The position numbers were made by a program, and so were the translations under genes. Below the pieces are notes generated by a model. The model worked only from the letters and a program-made list of their open reading frames with translations, was not told where the DNA came from and ran no database searches. This document shows positions 42,029 to 52,538 of a DNA stretch of 64,000 nt, piece by piece. This DNA is from an uncultured delta proteobacterium. GTDB lineage: Bacteria; Myxococcota; Myxococcia; Myxococcales; Anaeromyxobacteraceae. The number at the start of each line of letters is the position of its first letter. The first letter of the stretch is position 1. Location: positions 45,966-109,965 of the forward strand of contig CAWFDF010000016.1 of assembly GCA_963814585.1 (NCBI GenBank), in the 5' to 3' direction.

Positions 42029-43342
42029 TCACGGCGTCACCAGCCGCTTCGCGACCACGTCGTGTCCGAGCCAGCGGACCGGCGAGGCCGGCTCCCAGGC
42101 CTCGGCCAGCATGAGCCGGCCGACCGCGCCGAAGACCAGGCGGGAGAGCTCACCGGCCACGGTGCTCTTCTGGTCGGCGCTGAAGGCCAGCACCTCGTCG
42201 GCGGCCGGCAGCATGAGCTCCATCTCCTCGCGCGTGGAGTGGTGCGGCCAGGCCTCGAGGTCGCGGAAGGGGCGCAGCACGGGGTCGGAGAGGAAGCGGT
42301 CGGCCCGCGCCAGCATCGCCTCGAGCGTGGTCCCCTCCTTGAGCAGGGCCGCGCAGCGCGCCCAGGCCTGTTCGGCCGCCTGCGCGGAGCCGCCCCCGGC
42401 GCGGCCGGCGTCGCGGATGGAGGTCAGCAGCGGGTAGAGCGACAGCTCCACGCCCGAGAAGAGGGCGCTCGAGTTGGTCCAGATCTCCGGCGAGTTGAAG
42501 ACCGTGGCCCGCACCCCGTCGCGCCAGGCCTCCTCGGCGAGCTGCTCGAGCAGCCTCTTGGCCCAGCCCTGCAGGTAGGGCGTGTAGCTCTGCCAGGTGG
42601 GCCGGCCGCCCACCAGCACCTCGCAGCCGTGGTAGCCGTAGGCCACGTAGCGCACCCGCCGGCCCGGCGTGCGCAGCGGGGCGGTGGCGGCCACCAGCCG
42701 CTGGAAGGTCCGCGCCGTCACCTCCTCGAAGCTCATGGCCCAGAGCCGGCCCAGCTCGGTCTCCCAGACCGGGCCCGACGCCAGGTGCTTCTCGCCGGTG
42801 CCGCGGAAGAGGCGCGTCATCAGCGGCAGCAGCGAGCGGGCCCGAGGGACGCCGCCGGCCATGGTGTGGACGATGAGCAGGTTGGCGCCCGCCGGGACCA
42901 GCCCGGCCAGCTCGGCCGCGAAGGCCGCCGCGTTCCGCTCGAAGCGCGCCGCGCCGGCGGCGCGGGAGGCCGCCAGGGCCGCCTGGTCGAAGGTCAGCTC
43001 GCGCCAGCCGTCGCCCTTGAGCCGCTTCAGCTGCTCGACGGGCGAGGGGCCGCCGTCCACCGCCTCGAGGTCGAAGCCGGCCTCCAGCGGCACGTTGACG
43101 ATGCGGCCGCCCAGGTTGGCCTCGGCCGCCGCCAGTTCCTCGGGGTTGAGCGGGCGCAAGGGGCCGTCGCTCCCGTCGCGCCGGCCGACGGTGGCGCCGA
43201 TCAGCGTCATCCCCGCCCGTCGCGCCTCGTCGACGATGCCATTGGCGTAGCCGCGGCCGAAGAGCTCGCCGAAGACGACCAGCACGTCACCTGGCTGCCA
43301 GCCGGCGGGGGGGGGGAGGTCGCGGAGCGGGTGGTAGCGCAT
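42029..43342 (-). CDS. fabMG: Enoyl-ACP reductase, FabMG family
   Basis: GDVLVVFGELFGRGYANG, TVGRRD, PLEAGFD, HTMAGG, AYGYHG, WQSYTPY, PEIWTNSS (recognised from memory). Confidence 0.8.
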   Translation of the reverse strand: MRYHPLRDLPPPAGWQPGDVLVVFGELFGRGYANGIVDEARRAGMTLIGATVGRRDGSDGPLRPLNPEELAAAEANLGGRIVNVPLEAGFDLEAVDGGPSPVEQLKRLKGDGWRELTFDQAALAASRAAGAARFERNAAAFAAELAGLVPAGANLLIVHTMAGGVPRARSLLPLMTRLFRGTGEKHLASGPVWETELGRLWAMSFEEVTARTFQRLVAATAPLRTPGRRVRYVAYGYHGCEVLVGGRPTWQSYTPYLQGWAKRLLEQLAEEAWRDGVRATVFNSPEIWTNSSALFSGVELSLYPLLTSIRDAGRAGGGSAQAAEQAWARCAALLKEGTTLEAMLARADRFLSDPVLRPFRDLEAWPHHSTREEMELMLPAADEVLAFSADQKSTVAGELSRLVFGAVGRLMLAEAWEPASPVRWLGHDVVAKRLVTP

Positions 43343-43420
43343 GGGTTCTCCTGGAGCGGGAGGCCCACACGATGCCCGCAGCCACCTCCTCCTGTCGAGC
43401 GGGGACCGGCCCCAGGCCGC

Positions 43421-45511
43421 TCAGGGAGGCGCCGGCAGTTCTCCGGTGAAGGGGATGGCCACCACGTAGGGCTTGTCGGCGGCAGTGCTCCCCACCGAGA
43501 CCGTGCCGCCCCCGGCGCCGGCCGCCGGGCCGGTCACATAGACGTCGAAGCCGGTGGCGCGGAGCTGCAGCGGCACCGCCGTGCCTGGGTCGAGCGGGGC
43601 GTACTGGAAGGGGATGAACTTCTGGTGCAGCGGCGTCCAGTCGGCGCCGGTGTAGTCGAGCAGCGAGCCGGGCGAGCTGGGCTCGTTGGAGAAGAGCAGG
43701 GACGACGTCCAGAGGGCGTACATGAGCGGGAAGGGGAGGCCGGAGGCCTTCTCCAGCAGCCCCAGCCCGGTCCCCTCGCCATGGAAGAGCGCCGGGATGA
43801 AGGGGTCGCCCAGCCGGTCGGCCAGGTAGCGGAAGAGCAGGCCAACGGCGGAGTAGTTGAGTTGCCAGTCCTGCCAGTGGAGGAGCGTCAGGTCGTCGTA
43901 GCCCTCCGAGCTGCCGCGGGTGAGGACGCCGGCTCGGAAGCGCCGATAGCTCGGGTCCTGCAAGCCCAGGCCGGCGAGATCCATCATCAGCTCAGCGCGG
44001 CCCTCCGCCATCCAGTCATCCCAGCCAGCGGATGGCGACCAGGCAACGCTACGGCCAAAGTCGACGACGTGCTGGAGCTCATGTGGAAGGACCCGGATCA
44101 GGTCGTGCGCCGCGATGTCCTTCGGGAGCGGCAGGCCGTCAGCGCCGAGGTGGCAGGAGAGGCTTCTCAAGTAGATCGTCTCGCCGCCGTTGGAGGTCGT
44201 GTCGTCGCAGGTGGAAGTGTCGAGCGGCGCGAAGTCCAGGTCACTCACGTAGCCGTCCCACCCCGAGCAGAATGCGTCGGTCACGACGATCGTGACCTTC
44301 CCGTTGCCATCGGTGTCGATGGGCGCGCCGGAGATGGCGACCACCTTGGCCTGGCTCGACTCCCAGCCCGCGGTCACGGCATCCCAGTCGGCGGTGGTGA
44401 AGTCGCCCGAGGCCGCATCGTCCAAATAGAAGGTGGCGGTTGCCGACTCACGAGCCAGGCGGGTGGCCCGGCGCTCGAAGCCGACATGGGTGCCGGTCTT
44501 GTCCGTCCGCCGGACGCAGAAGGACCGGTTGGCCGCGGGGGCCATGGCAGCCAGCGAGGCCAGCCAAGTCTCCGGACGGACACGGGCGGTGGGCCCTGGC
44601 TGATGGGCCTGGCCGGCGCCACAGCGTGGGCCCCGCGGCACACCGTCCACGGCCGCCAGGCGCGGCGTCGCCGCCGGGTAGGGCTCGGTGCCGGTCGCCA
44701 GGATGGTGACGGGGATTCGCTCGGTCCAGGTGGTGTTGAGGAGGATGACCGCCAGCCGGTTCCCCTCGGCGACGTGAAGGTCGAGCGTGCCTCCAGCGAA
44801 ATCGCTCGGCTGCCTGAGGGTGATCGGTCCGGTGGCCAGCGGGATGGCCCGCATCGACCGCCGTGCGGCCATCTGCGAGATGGCGCCGGCCGGCGGCGAG
44901 GCCGGGTCCATGGCCCAGGCCTCCAGCTCCACCACCGCCAGCCCCGGGGCCGTTCCGGTGAAGGGAAGGACCACCTCGGTTCCGGTGGTGCTCGCCGTGG
45001 CCAGCTCCTTCGGAGCGGCGCCGGTGGCGAAGCCGAGCCCTCGCAGCGTGGCCCGGTAGAGCACGGCCCCGGCCACCGGCTGCAAGCTCACCCGCACCTG
45101 CCCGGGCTCGAACACCGCCGTGCCCGCAGCCTGGGAGAGCAGCGCGTTGGGGTCCACCTGGCAGCTCCAAGCCTGGGGCCCGTGGCCCACGTCCTTGGAC
45201 ACCGCGAAGACGCTGGAGGAGTCCTGGGAAAGCGCGGTCAGATCGGGCCAGGCCACCGCGCAGACTCGCTGGCCGGCCGGGCAGGTGACCGTCCGTTCCA
45301 CGCCGTCGCCGCTCACCGGCAGCGCCACGGCGGCCACCGGCACGGGGTCGAACGTGAAGGCCAGCACCGCGCCGACGCTCGAGCCGGCGTTGTAGGAGGC
45401 ACAGGTCATGTTGACCTTGAGGGGAGGATTGGTCAGCGGTGGTGGCGAGGACGTGCCGCAGCCGGACAGCAGGGCGAGACCACAGGCGGACAGCAGCGAG
45501 AGAAGGCGCAT
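43421..45511 (-). CDS. Lipoprotein with a C-terminal zincin metallopeptidase domain (M30-like)
   Basis: Lipobox LSGC; DTDGNGKV, HELQH, WMAEGRAE. Confidence 0.78.
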   Translation of the reverse strand: MRLLSLLSACGLALLSGCGTSSPPPLTNPPLKVNMTCASYNAGSSVGAVLAFTFDPVPVAAVALPVSGDGVERTVTCPAGQRVCAVAWPDLTALSQDSSSVFAVSKDVGHGPQAWSCQVDPNALLSQAAGTAVFEPGQVRVSLQPVAGAVLYRATLRGLGFATGAAPKELATASTTGTEVVLPFTGTAPGLAVVELEAWAMDPASPPAGAISQMAARRSMRAIPLATGPITLRQPSDFAGGTLDLHVAEGNRLAVILLNTTWTERIPVTILATGTEPYPAATPRLAAVDGVPRGPRCGAGQAHQPGPTARVRPETWLASLAAMAPAANRSFCVRRTDKTGTHVGFERRATRLARESATATFYLDDAASGDFTTADWDAVTAGWESSQAKVVAISGAPIDTDGNGKVTIVVTDAFCSGWDGYVSDLDFAPLDTSTCDDTTSNGGETIYLRSLSCHLGADGLPLPKDIAAHDLIRVLPHELQHVVDFGRSVAWSPSAGWDDWMAEGRAELMMDLAGLGLQDPSYRRFRAGVLTRGSSEGYDDLTLLHWQDWQLNYSAVGLLFRYLADRLGDPFIPALFHGEGTGLGLLEKASGLPFPLMYALWTSSLLFSNEPSSPGSLLDYTGADWTPLHQKFIPFQYAPLDPGTAVPLQLRATGFDVYVTGPAAGAGGGTVSVGSTAADKPYVVAIPFTGELPAPP

Positions 45512-45795
45512 GGCGACCTCCGGCACGGACCACGTGCACGCTCAGCGTGGGCTCGCCGTGGGCTCCTGTCCTGCGGCGTCTCGGGTCGCTGCGACGGCGT
45601 GCGACAGGTTGGCAGGCGTGGCTCGACGGCCATCCAGTCACCATCACGCACGGAGCTTCCGGATCCCAAGCGGGGCAGGTCGGGAGCGGTTCGCGCGCGC
45701 CAGGACCGCACCATCAGTACGTTTCCACCGCGCCGCAGGGGCCACCGTCGCGGCGGAGCGACGGGGAGGGAAGGCATCACCACCGGCCTCCCCGC

Positions 45796-46500
45796 TCAGC
45801 GCCGGGCGCCCTTCTGCTTCACGGGGCGGCGCGACGCGGCCTTCCTCGCCGGCTTCCCGGCTCCGCGCTTCGCTGCGCCCCTCCGCTTCGCGCCCTTCGC
45901 CGCCTGCCGTCCGGCGGCCTTGCGGGCCGGCTTCCTCACCGGCTTCCGCACCGCTTTCCGGCTCGCCGCCTTCCTGACCGCGGGCCGGTCCCTCGCACCC
46001 GCCTTCGCCAGCGCGGCCTTCCCGCCCGCCCTCGCCGAGGGCTTGCCGGCCTTCTTCCCACCCTTCGCCCCGCGGCCAGCCCCCTTCGCGCCCTTCCGCC
46101 CGGCCCTCCGGAAGTACCGCTCCATCGGCGTCAGGTAGAACTCCTCCCACCCCTCCAGCACGGCCGGCCCCTGCCCCTCGGGCAGGTCGCCGTGGCGCAG
46201 CGTGACGCGGGTGCCGCCCGGCGCCGGCTCGAGGCTGACCTCGAGGAGCGAGTCGAGCGCGTCGGCGGGGAAGTCGTCGGAGCGCCACGACTGCACGATG
46301 CGGACGCCCGGATCGAGGGCCAGGTGGCTGCCGTCGATGTAGCCGTCCCAGGCGGTGAAGCGGCCGCCCACCTCGGCCGACTCGACGGTGGCGGGGCTGC
46401 CGGTCATGGCCGCGTGCTCGGCGGCGTCGAGCCAGGCGGTGAAGATCTGTGCCGGCGTGGCGGGGAGGATGCGGGAGACCACGATGGTGTCGACGGGCAT
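45796..46500 (-). CDS. SRPBCC/AHSA1 domain protein with a Lys/Ala/Arg-rich histone-like tail
   Basis: AWLDAAEHAAMTG, FTAWDGYI, IVQSWR, GWEEFY, followed by a basic low-complexity tail; AAGGAGG RBS. Confidence 0.85.
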   Translation of the reverse strand: MPVDTIVVSRILPATPAQIFTAWLDAAEHAAMTGSPATVESAEVGGRFTAWDGYIDGSHLALDPGVRIVQSWRSDDFPADALDSLLEVSLEPAPGGTRVTLRHGDLPEGQGPAVLEGWEEFYLTPMERYFRRAGRKGAKGAGRGAKGGKKAGKPSARAGGKAALAKAGARDRPAVRKAASRKAVRKPVRKPARKAAGRQAAKGAKRRGAAKRGAGKPARKAASRRPVKQKGARR

Positions 46501-46622
46501 GGCGACCTCCTTCGGGGAGCGGGGCGATCGGTCCACCGATACGCCCCTCCGGGCCCGGCCGGCAAGGGAGGGCCCACCCGCCAGGGTCGTGCCCGGTGCC
46601 TTGCTCGACGGGTCAGGCCACG

Positions 46623-47657
46623 TCAGAACACCACGTTCGGCCGGATGAGGAACTGCAGCCCCGCCCCGCTGGTCTGGGCCAGGGCGCCAGTGTAGGCCAG
46701 GCCGGACTCCCAGAGCAGGCCGACGCCGAAGACCAGCGTCACCTTCCCCTTGCCGAGCGGGAACTTCTTGTCGACGAGGAAGAGCTGGCGCACCGGCTTC
46801 CCGGAGAGCGAGAGGTCGAGGCGGTACTCGATCCCGGAGTTGGCCAGCAGCAGCGACTCGTCCAGGTAGTCGATCCGGCTGCGCCGCAGCGCCACGTAGG
46901 CGGTGTCGGTGATGTCGCCGTTGTCGTGGAGCTTGGCGCCGACCCGGAAGCTCCAGGAGAGCTTCATCTCCTCGCTGATCCGGTCGCCCTTGAGCTTGAG
47001 CTCGGCCTCCAGCCAGGCGTCGTCGACCAGCGCGTTCTGCTGGATGTGGCCGAGGCCACCGGAGGCCACCACGCCGAGGTACCCGAGCCCGTGCACGTCG
47101 TCCCGCCCGGACCGTCCGAAGTCGACGACGTTGCCCAGGAGGATGGAGACGGCGAACGGCTCGTCGAAGCCGGCGGTGAGGGCCTGGACCAGGTTGAGGC
47201 TGGACGTGACCTGCGCCTGCTCGTAGGCCCAGCTCCACTCGTGGATGGCCAGTCCCAGGCAAGGAACGGGGTTGATGCTCGCCTCCAGCACCAGGACGTG
47301 GCGAGCCAGCGCGCCGCCGAGGAGCGACAGGTAGATCTCGGCCTCGCTCCGCTCTCCGGCGGGGGCGGCGGCGGAGCCGGCGAGCGGGATGTAGAGGCCG
47401 ACGCTGGAGTAGTAGGCCCCGCGGGTGAATAGCAGCGTGATGGGCGGCGGTGGCGGCGGCTCCGGCTCCTGCGGCGTGGCCCAGCCCTCGTAGAGCGAGG
47501 GATCGTCGTCGTCCCCCTCCGGCGCCGGGAGGGGCTGCTCGGAGGGCGGGGCCGCTGGCGGCCCCGGGCTCCCGGGCTCCTCGCCACGCGCCACGCCGGC
47601 GGCCAGCGCGAGCGCGGTGAGGAGGAGGAGGGGAGGGGACCGGCCAGGCGGGGACAC
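46623..47657 (-). CDS. Hypothetical exported/outer-membrane protein
   Basis: Signal peptide, Pro/acidic linker, beta-strand-rich body, terminal Phe (RPNVVF). Confidence 0.65.
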   Translation of the reverse strand: MSPPGRSPPLLLLTALALAAGVARGEEPGSPGPPAAPPSEQPLPAPEGDDDDPSLYEGWATPQEPEPPPPPPITLLFTRGAYYSSVGLYIPLAGSAAAPAGERSEAEIYLSLLGGALARHVLVLEASINPVPCLGLAIHEWSWAYEQAQVTSSLNLVQALTAGFDEPFAVSILLGNVVDFGRSGRDDVHGLGYLGVVASGGLGHIQQNALVDDAWLEAELKLKGDRISEEMKLSWSFRVGAKLHDNGDITDTAYVALRRSRIDYLDESLLLANSGIEYRLDLSLSGKPVRQLFLVDKKFPLGKGKVTLVFGVGLLWESGLAYTGALAQTSGAGLQFLIRPNVVF

Positions 47658-47734
47658 CCCGCCGATGATGCCGGTGACCGCCCCGACGCTCAAGTTCCGG
47701 CGCGCGTCAGCCCCTCCCTGTAGATCCCAACCCA

Positions 47735-47912
47735 AGTGCCCCGACCCAGGCAGGATGACGTGACGAGAGCGTCGAGACCGAAGCGAGGCTGGCGCCCGAG
47801 GAGGGAGCAGCGGAAGCGTAGTGGATTTACGCTGAGCAGCGGACCGACGAGGCCGCCTGCCGCAGCGAGAGGATCGACGCTCGCAGTAGGCATCTTGCCT
47901 GGGTCGGGGCAC
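47735..47912. repeat. MITE-like palindromic repeat, copy 2
   Basis: 22 bp terminal inverted repeats matching at 21 positions: GTGCCCCGACCCAGGCAGGATG / CATCTTGCCTGGGTCGGGGCAC. Confidence 0.88.
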
Positions 47913-47915
47913 GAG

Positions 47916-48914
47916 ATGCGCCAGCCGCCCATCGAGCTGCACCGCGGCGAGCTGCGCGTCGCCGGCACCGGCCTGCACCTCGACGCCCAGCGCCGGGCCG
48001 CCTGCGCCTTCGTCTCCCACGCCCACGGCGACCACATCGGCCGCCACGACCGGACCATCGCCACCCCCGCCACCATGGCGCTCATGAACCACCGGCTGGG
48101 CGAGCCGAAGCGGGTCCGAAAGGCCGAGCAGCTGCCGGTGGGCTACCGGCAGCCCTTCGGGCTCGGCGCCCAGACCCTGGAGCTCTTCCCGGCCGGCCAC
48201 GTGCTCGGCTCGGCGCAGCTGCGCGTCACGCTGGAGGACGGCCACGCGCTCGGCTACACCGGCGATCTCTGCACCGACACGCCCTGCGCGGCCGAGCCGG
48301 CCGAGGTGATGGGCTGCGACGTGCTGGTGCTGGAGTCCACCTTCGGCCTGCCGCGCTACGTCTTCCCGCCCAAGGAGGAGACGCTGGCCGCCGTCCGCCG
48401 CTTCTGCGACGACGCCCTCTCCGACGGGGTCACCCCGGTCCTCTACGGCTACGCGCTCGGCAAGGCGCAGGAGATCCTCGCCTTCCTCTCCGGCGCCGGA
48501 TACGCCTGCCGCTGCCACCCGGTGGTCCACGCCATCAACCGGATCTACGAGGCCCACGGCGTGGCGCTCCCCGGCGTCCGCCCGCTCGACGCCGACGGGG
48601 TGGCGGCCGGCGAGGTGGTGGTGGTGCCGCAGCAGCTCTGCTGGAGCCCGGCCATGCGGTCGGTGCGCCGGCGCCGGACCGCGGCGCTGACCGGCTGGGC
48701 CATCGACGGCGACCGCATGTTCCGGGGCGTGGACGCCGCCTTCCCGCTCTCCGACCACTGCGACTACCCGTCGCTGCTGGCCTACGCCCGCGCCACCGGC
48801 GCCGGCCGCGTCTTCACCGTCCACGGCCACGCCGACCAGCTGGCGGCGGCCCTCTGCCGGGAGGGGATCCGGGCCCAGCCGCTGCGGGAGGGGAGCCAGC
48901 TCGAGCTTCTGTAG
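47916..48914 (+). CDS. MBL/beta-CASP nuclease (ligase-associated exonuclease-like)
   Basis: SHAHGDH, AGHVLGS, YTGD, ESTFG, YALGKAQ, LSDH, VHG. Confidence 0.88.
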   Translation: MRQPPIELHRGELRVAGTGLHLDAQRRAACAFVSHAHGDHIGRHDRTIATPATMALMNHRLGEPKRVRKAEQLPVGYRQPFGLGAQTLELFPAGHVLGSAQLRVTLEDGHALGYTGDLCTDTPCAAEPAEVMGCDVLVLESTFGLPRYVFPPKEETLAAVRRFCDDALSDGVTPVLYGYALGKAQEILAFLSGAGYACRCHPVVHAINRIYEAHGVALPGVRPLDADGVAAGEVVVVPQQLCWSPAMRSVRRRRTAALTGWAIDGDRMFRGVDAAFPLSDHCDYPSLLAYARATGAGRVFTVHGHADQLAAALCREGIRAQPLREGSQLELL

Positions 48915-48926
48915 TACAAGTGGCGC

Positions 48927-49935
48927 GTGATCGAGCTCATCGCCAGCGCCGACGCCGAGGGGCAGCGCCTCGACAAGTACGTCCGCAAGGCCCTGAAGGG
49001 CGTCCCGCTCAGCCACGTCTACAAGATGTTCCGCACCCGCAAGGTGAAGGTGAACGGGGTGCGCGGCCGGCCCGAGCAGCTGCTGGCGGCGGCCGACCGG
49101 ATCGAGATCTGGGGCGACGAGGAGAAGCTGCTGGCCGCGCCCGAGCCCGGGCGCCCCGCGCACCCGCGGGCGGGGCGGGCCCCGGCTGGAGGTCCTCCTC
49201 GAGGACGAGGAGCTGCTGGTGGTGAACAAGCCGGCCGGCCTGGCGGCCCACCCCGGCACCGGCATCAGCGGCGCCACGCTGGTGGAGCTGGTGCGCGACC
49301 ACCTGAAGGTGCCGACCGGCCGGCCCAGCGGCGAGTTCAAGCCCTCGCCGGCCCACCGGCTCGACCGCGAGACCTCCGGGATCATCCTGGTGGCCAAGAC
49401 CCGGCGGGCCATGGTGACGCTGGGCCAGCTCTTCGAGTCCAAGGAGGACCTGAAGAAGCAGTACCTGGCGCTGGCCAAGGGGAAGATGCCGCAGGCCAGC
49501 GGCCTCTTCGACCAGCCGCTCTCCGAGCACGAGCAGACGGGGAGGTCCAAGGAGCGGCGCGGCGTCAACATGCAGCCGGCGCTGACCCGCTGGAAGGTGC
49601 TGGGCGCCATGAAGGAGGCCACGCTGCTGCAGGTGCTCATCGAGACCGGCCGCACCCACCAGATCCGGCGCCACCTGCAGGCGGCCGGCCACCCGGTGGC
49701 CGGCGATCCGCGCTACGGCGACTTCAACTTCAACCGGACGGCGCGCACCCGCTGGGGCCTGCGCCGCATGTTCCTGCACGCCTGGAAGCTCACGCTGCCG
49801 CACCCGGTCACCGGCGTGCTGCTCCGGCTCGAGGCGCCGCTGCCCGCCGAGCTGCTCGAGGCGCTCAAGGCCCTCAACCTCCCGCCTCCGCCGGGGGCCA
49901 CCCCGGCCGTTGAAAGCGCCCGGCGCGGCAAGTAA
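48927..49935 (+). CDS. RluA-family pseudouridine synthase with S4 domain (frameshift near 49140-49185)
   Basis: RLDKY S4 start in the 48927 frame; NKPAG, HRLDRETSG, TGRTHQIR and FLHA in the 49219 frame. Confidence 0.9.
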
Positions 49936-49948
49936 GGTCGGTCCCCCC

Positions 49949-52514
49949 ATGACGGAGCCGACCGTCCCGGGCGCCGCGCCGCCCCCCGACGAGCCCGCCG
50001 CCACGCCACGGCTGGTGCTGACCGGCCTGCCGCCGCCCCGCCCGCGCTGGCAGGGCGCGCTGCGCTGGGCGCTCTTCGCCGCCATCGTGCTCGTCAACGG
50101 CGGCCTGGCGCTGGCCGCGGTGCTCTGGTTCGCCTACGCCAAGGGGCTGCCGGACCTGCCGTCGATCGAGGGCTACCGGCCTCCCATCATCACCGAGACC
50201 ATCAGCGCCGACGGCCAGATCGCCGGCGAGTTCTTCAGCGAGCGGCGCAAGGTGGTCCCCTACGGCCGCATCCCGCGCAGCGCTGGTGCAGGCCTTCATC
50301 GCCTCCGAGGACCAGCGCTTCTTCGACCACGCCGGCGTCGACCTGCGCGGCACGCTGCGCGCCGCCGTCACCACCTACGTGCTGCGCCGGGGCGTCAAGG
50401 GCGGCTCGACCATCACCCAGCAGACCGCCAAGGCGATCCTGGTCTCGGCCGAGGGGTTCGAGGAGGGGACCAGGCGCAACCTGCGCCGGAAGATCCGCGA
50501 GCTGATCCTGGCCGCCCAGCTGGAGCGCCGCTTCACCAAGGAGCAGATCCTGTGGCTCTACCTGAACGGCGTCTACCTCGGCCACCACAGCTACGGCGTG
50601 CAGGCGGCCGCCGAGAACTACTACCGCAAGAACGTCGAGGAGCTGACGCTGGCCGAGGCGGCGCTGCTGGCCGGCCTGCCCCAGGCCCCCAGCCGCTACT
50701 CCCCCTTCGCCCACCCCGAGTCGGCGCGCGAGCGGCGCCGCTACGTGCTGCGCCGCATGCTCGAGGAGCGCTTCATCACCGCCGAGGAGCGGGCCGACGC
50801 CGAGGCCCAGGAGGTGAGGGTCTTCGGCCTCGACGACGTCTTCCGCGAGACCGCGCCGTTCTACGTCGAGCAGGTGCGCCGGCAGATCGTGGAGCGGTAC
50901 GGCAACGAGCGGCTGCTCCACGACGGGCTGCGGGTCGAGATGGCCATGGACCTCGAGAAGCAGCGGGCCGCGCAGGCCGCCATGCTGCGGGGGCTCATGG
51001 AGGTGGACCACCGGCAGGGGTTCCAGGGGCCGGTCGACCACGTCGAGGGGGAGGCGCGGCAGGCGCTGGAGGCCAGGCTGGCCAGGGCCTGGCCGGAGGG
51101 CTCGCTCGGCCCGGGCGAGTACGCGGTCGGCGTCGTCGAGCAGGTCTCGGAGAAGGCGGCCACGGTGCGGGTCGGCACCGTGCGCGGGGTGCTGCCGCTG
51201 GCCGGGATGCGCTGGGCCCGCAAGCCCAACCCGGAGGTCCACTTCAACGAGGGGCAGGTGAAGCGGGTCTCCGGCGTGCTCAAGGCCGGCGACGTGGTGC
51301 TGGTGAGGCGGGTCGAGCGCCAGGAGCTCGTCGAGCGGGAGGGGAAGGAGCCCGAGCGCGTCCGCGAGCTGCCCCAGGCCGAGGTGCTGCTGACGCTGGA
51401 GCAGGAGCCGAAGCTGCAGGGGGCGCTGGTCTCGATCGATCCGCACACCGGCGAGGTGGTGGCCCAGGTGGGCGGCTACGACTTCGAGGCCTCCGAGTTC
51501 AACCGGGCCTTCCAGGCCTGCCGGCAGCCCGGCTCGGCCTTCAAGCCGGTGGTCTACTCGGCGGCCATCGAGAAGCTCGACTGGACGCCGGCCACCATCC
51601 TCTCCGACGCCCCCCTCGTCTTCCGCGACGACGACAACGCCTGGAAGCCGCAGAACTTCGGCCAGGACTTCAAGGGCGACGTCACGCTCCGCACCGCGCT
51701 GGTCAACTCCATGAACATCCCGGCGGTGAAGACCGCCGAGGCCCTGGCCAGCACGCTGGGGGCCGAGTTCCTCGGCGAGTGGGCCGCGCAGCTCGGCCTC
51801 ACCACCCCGGTGAAGAAGGAGCTGGGCAGCGCGCTCGGCTCCTCCTGCGTGTCGCTCTGGGAGCTCACCGGGGTCTACGCCACCTTCGCCCGCCTCGGCG
51901 AGAAGCGGCCGGTCACCATGGTGAGGCGCGTGCTCGACCGCGAGGGGCGCACCCTGGAGGATCGGACCCGACCGCGCGATCCCTGGGTGCCGCTCTCCAC
52001 CCGGCTGGGGGCGGCGGTGGCCGAGGTGACGCGGCCGCGGGCCCGGGCCATGGAGGAGACCACCGCCTACGTGCTGGTCCACCTGCTGCGCGAGGCGGCC
52101 ACGGTCGGCACCGGCGCCGGGGCGCGGGCGCTGAACAGGCCGGCGGCCGGCAAGACCGGCACCACCAACGACTCCTTCGACACCTGGTTCATGGGCTTCA
52201 CCCGCGACCTGGCCTGCGGGGTCTGGCTCGGCTACGACCTCAACGTCACGCCGCTGGGCCGTGGCGAGACCGGGGGCCGGGCCGCGCTGCCCATCTGGCT
52301 CGACTACATGGCGGCGGCGCTTCGCGACCGCCCACAGCCCGAGTTCGAGCCGCCCGAGGAGATCGTCATGGTCCGCATCGACCCCGAGACCGGCAAGCCG
52401 GTGGCCGAGGGCTCGCCCGGCGTCGAGGAGCCGTTCCGGCCCGGGACCGAGCCGGCCGCCGAGGAGGCCGAGTCCCCCAAGGCCGTCGAGGTCCAGGATC
52501 TCTTCATGCGGTAG
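49949..52514 (+). CDS. mrcA: Penicillin-binding protein 1A (frameshift at ~50279)
   Basis: EDQRFFDH, GGSTITQQ and RKIRE transglycosylase motifs; SAFK, SMN and KTG transpeptidase motifs. Confidence 0.92.
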
Positions 52515-52538
52515 GCCGTGTTAGGCTCGGCGACGCCC

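Noticed and set aside
41450..46138. 1562 aa plus-strand ORF
   Set aside because: Antisense shadow of the FabMG, peptidase and SRPBCC genes; Arg/Gly/Ala-rich with no motifs, as expected in GC-rich DNA
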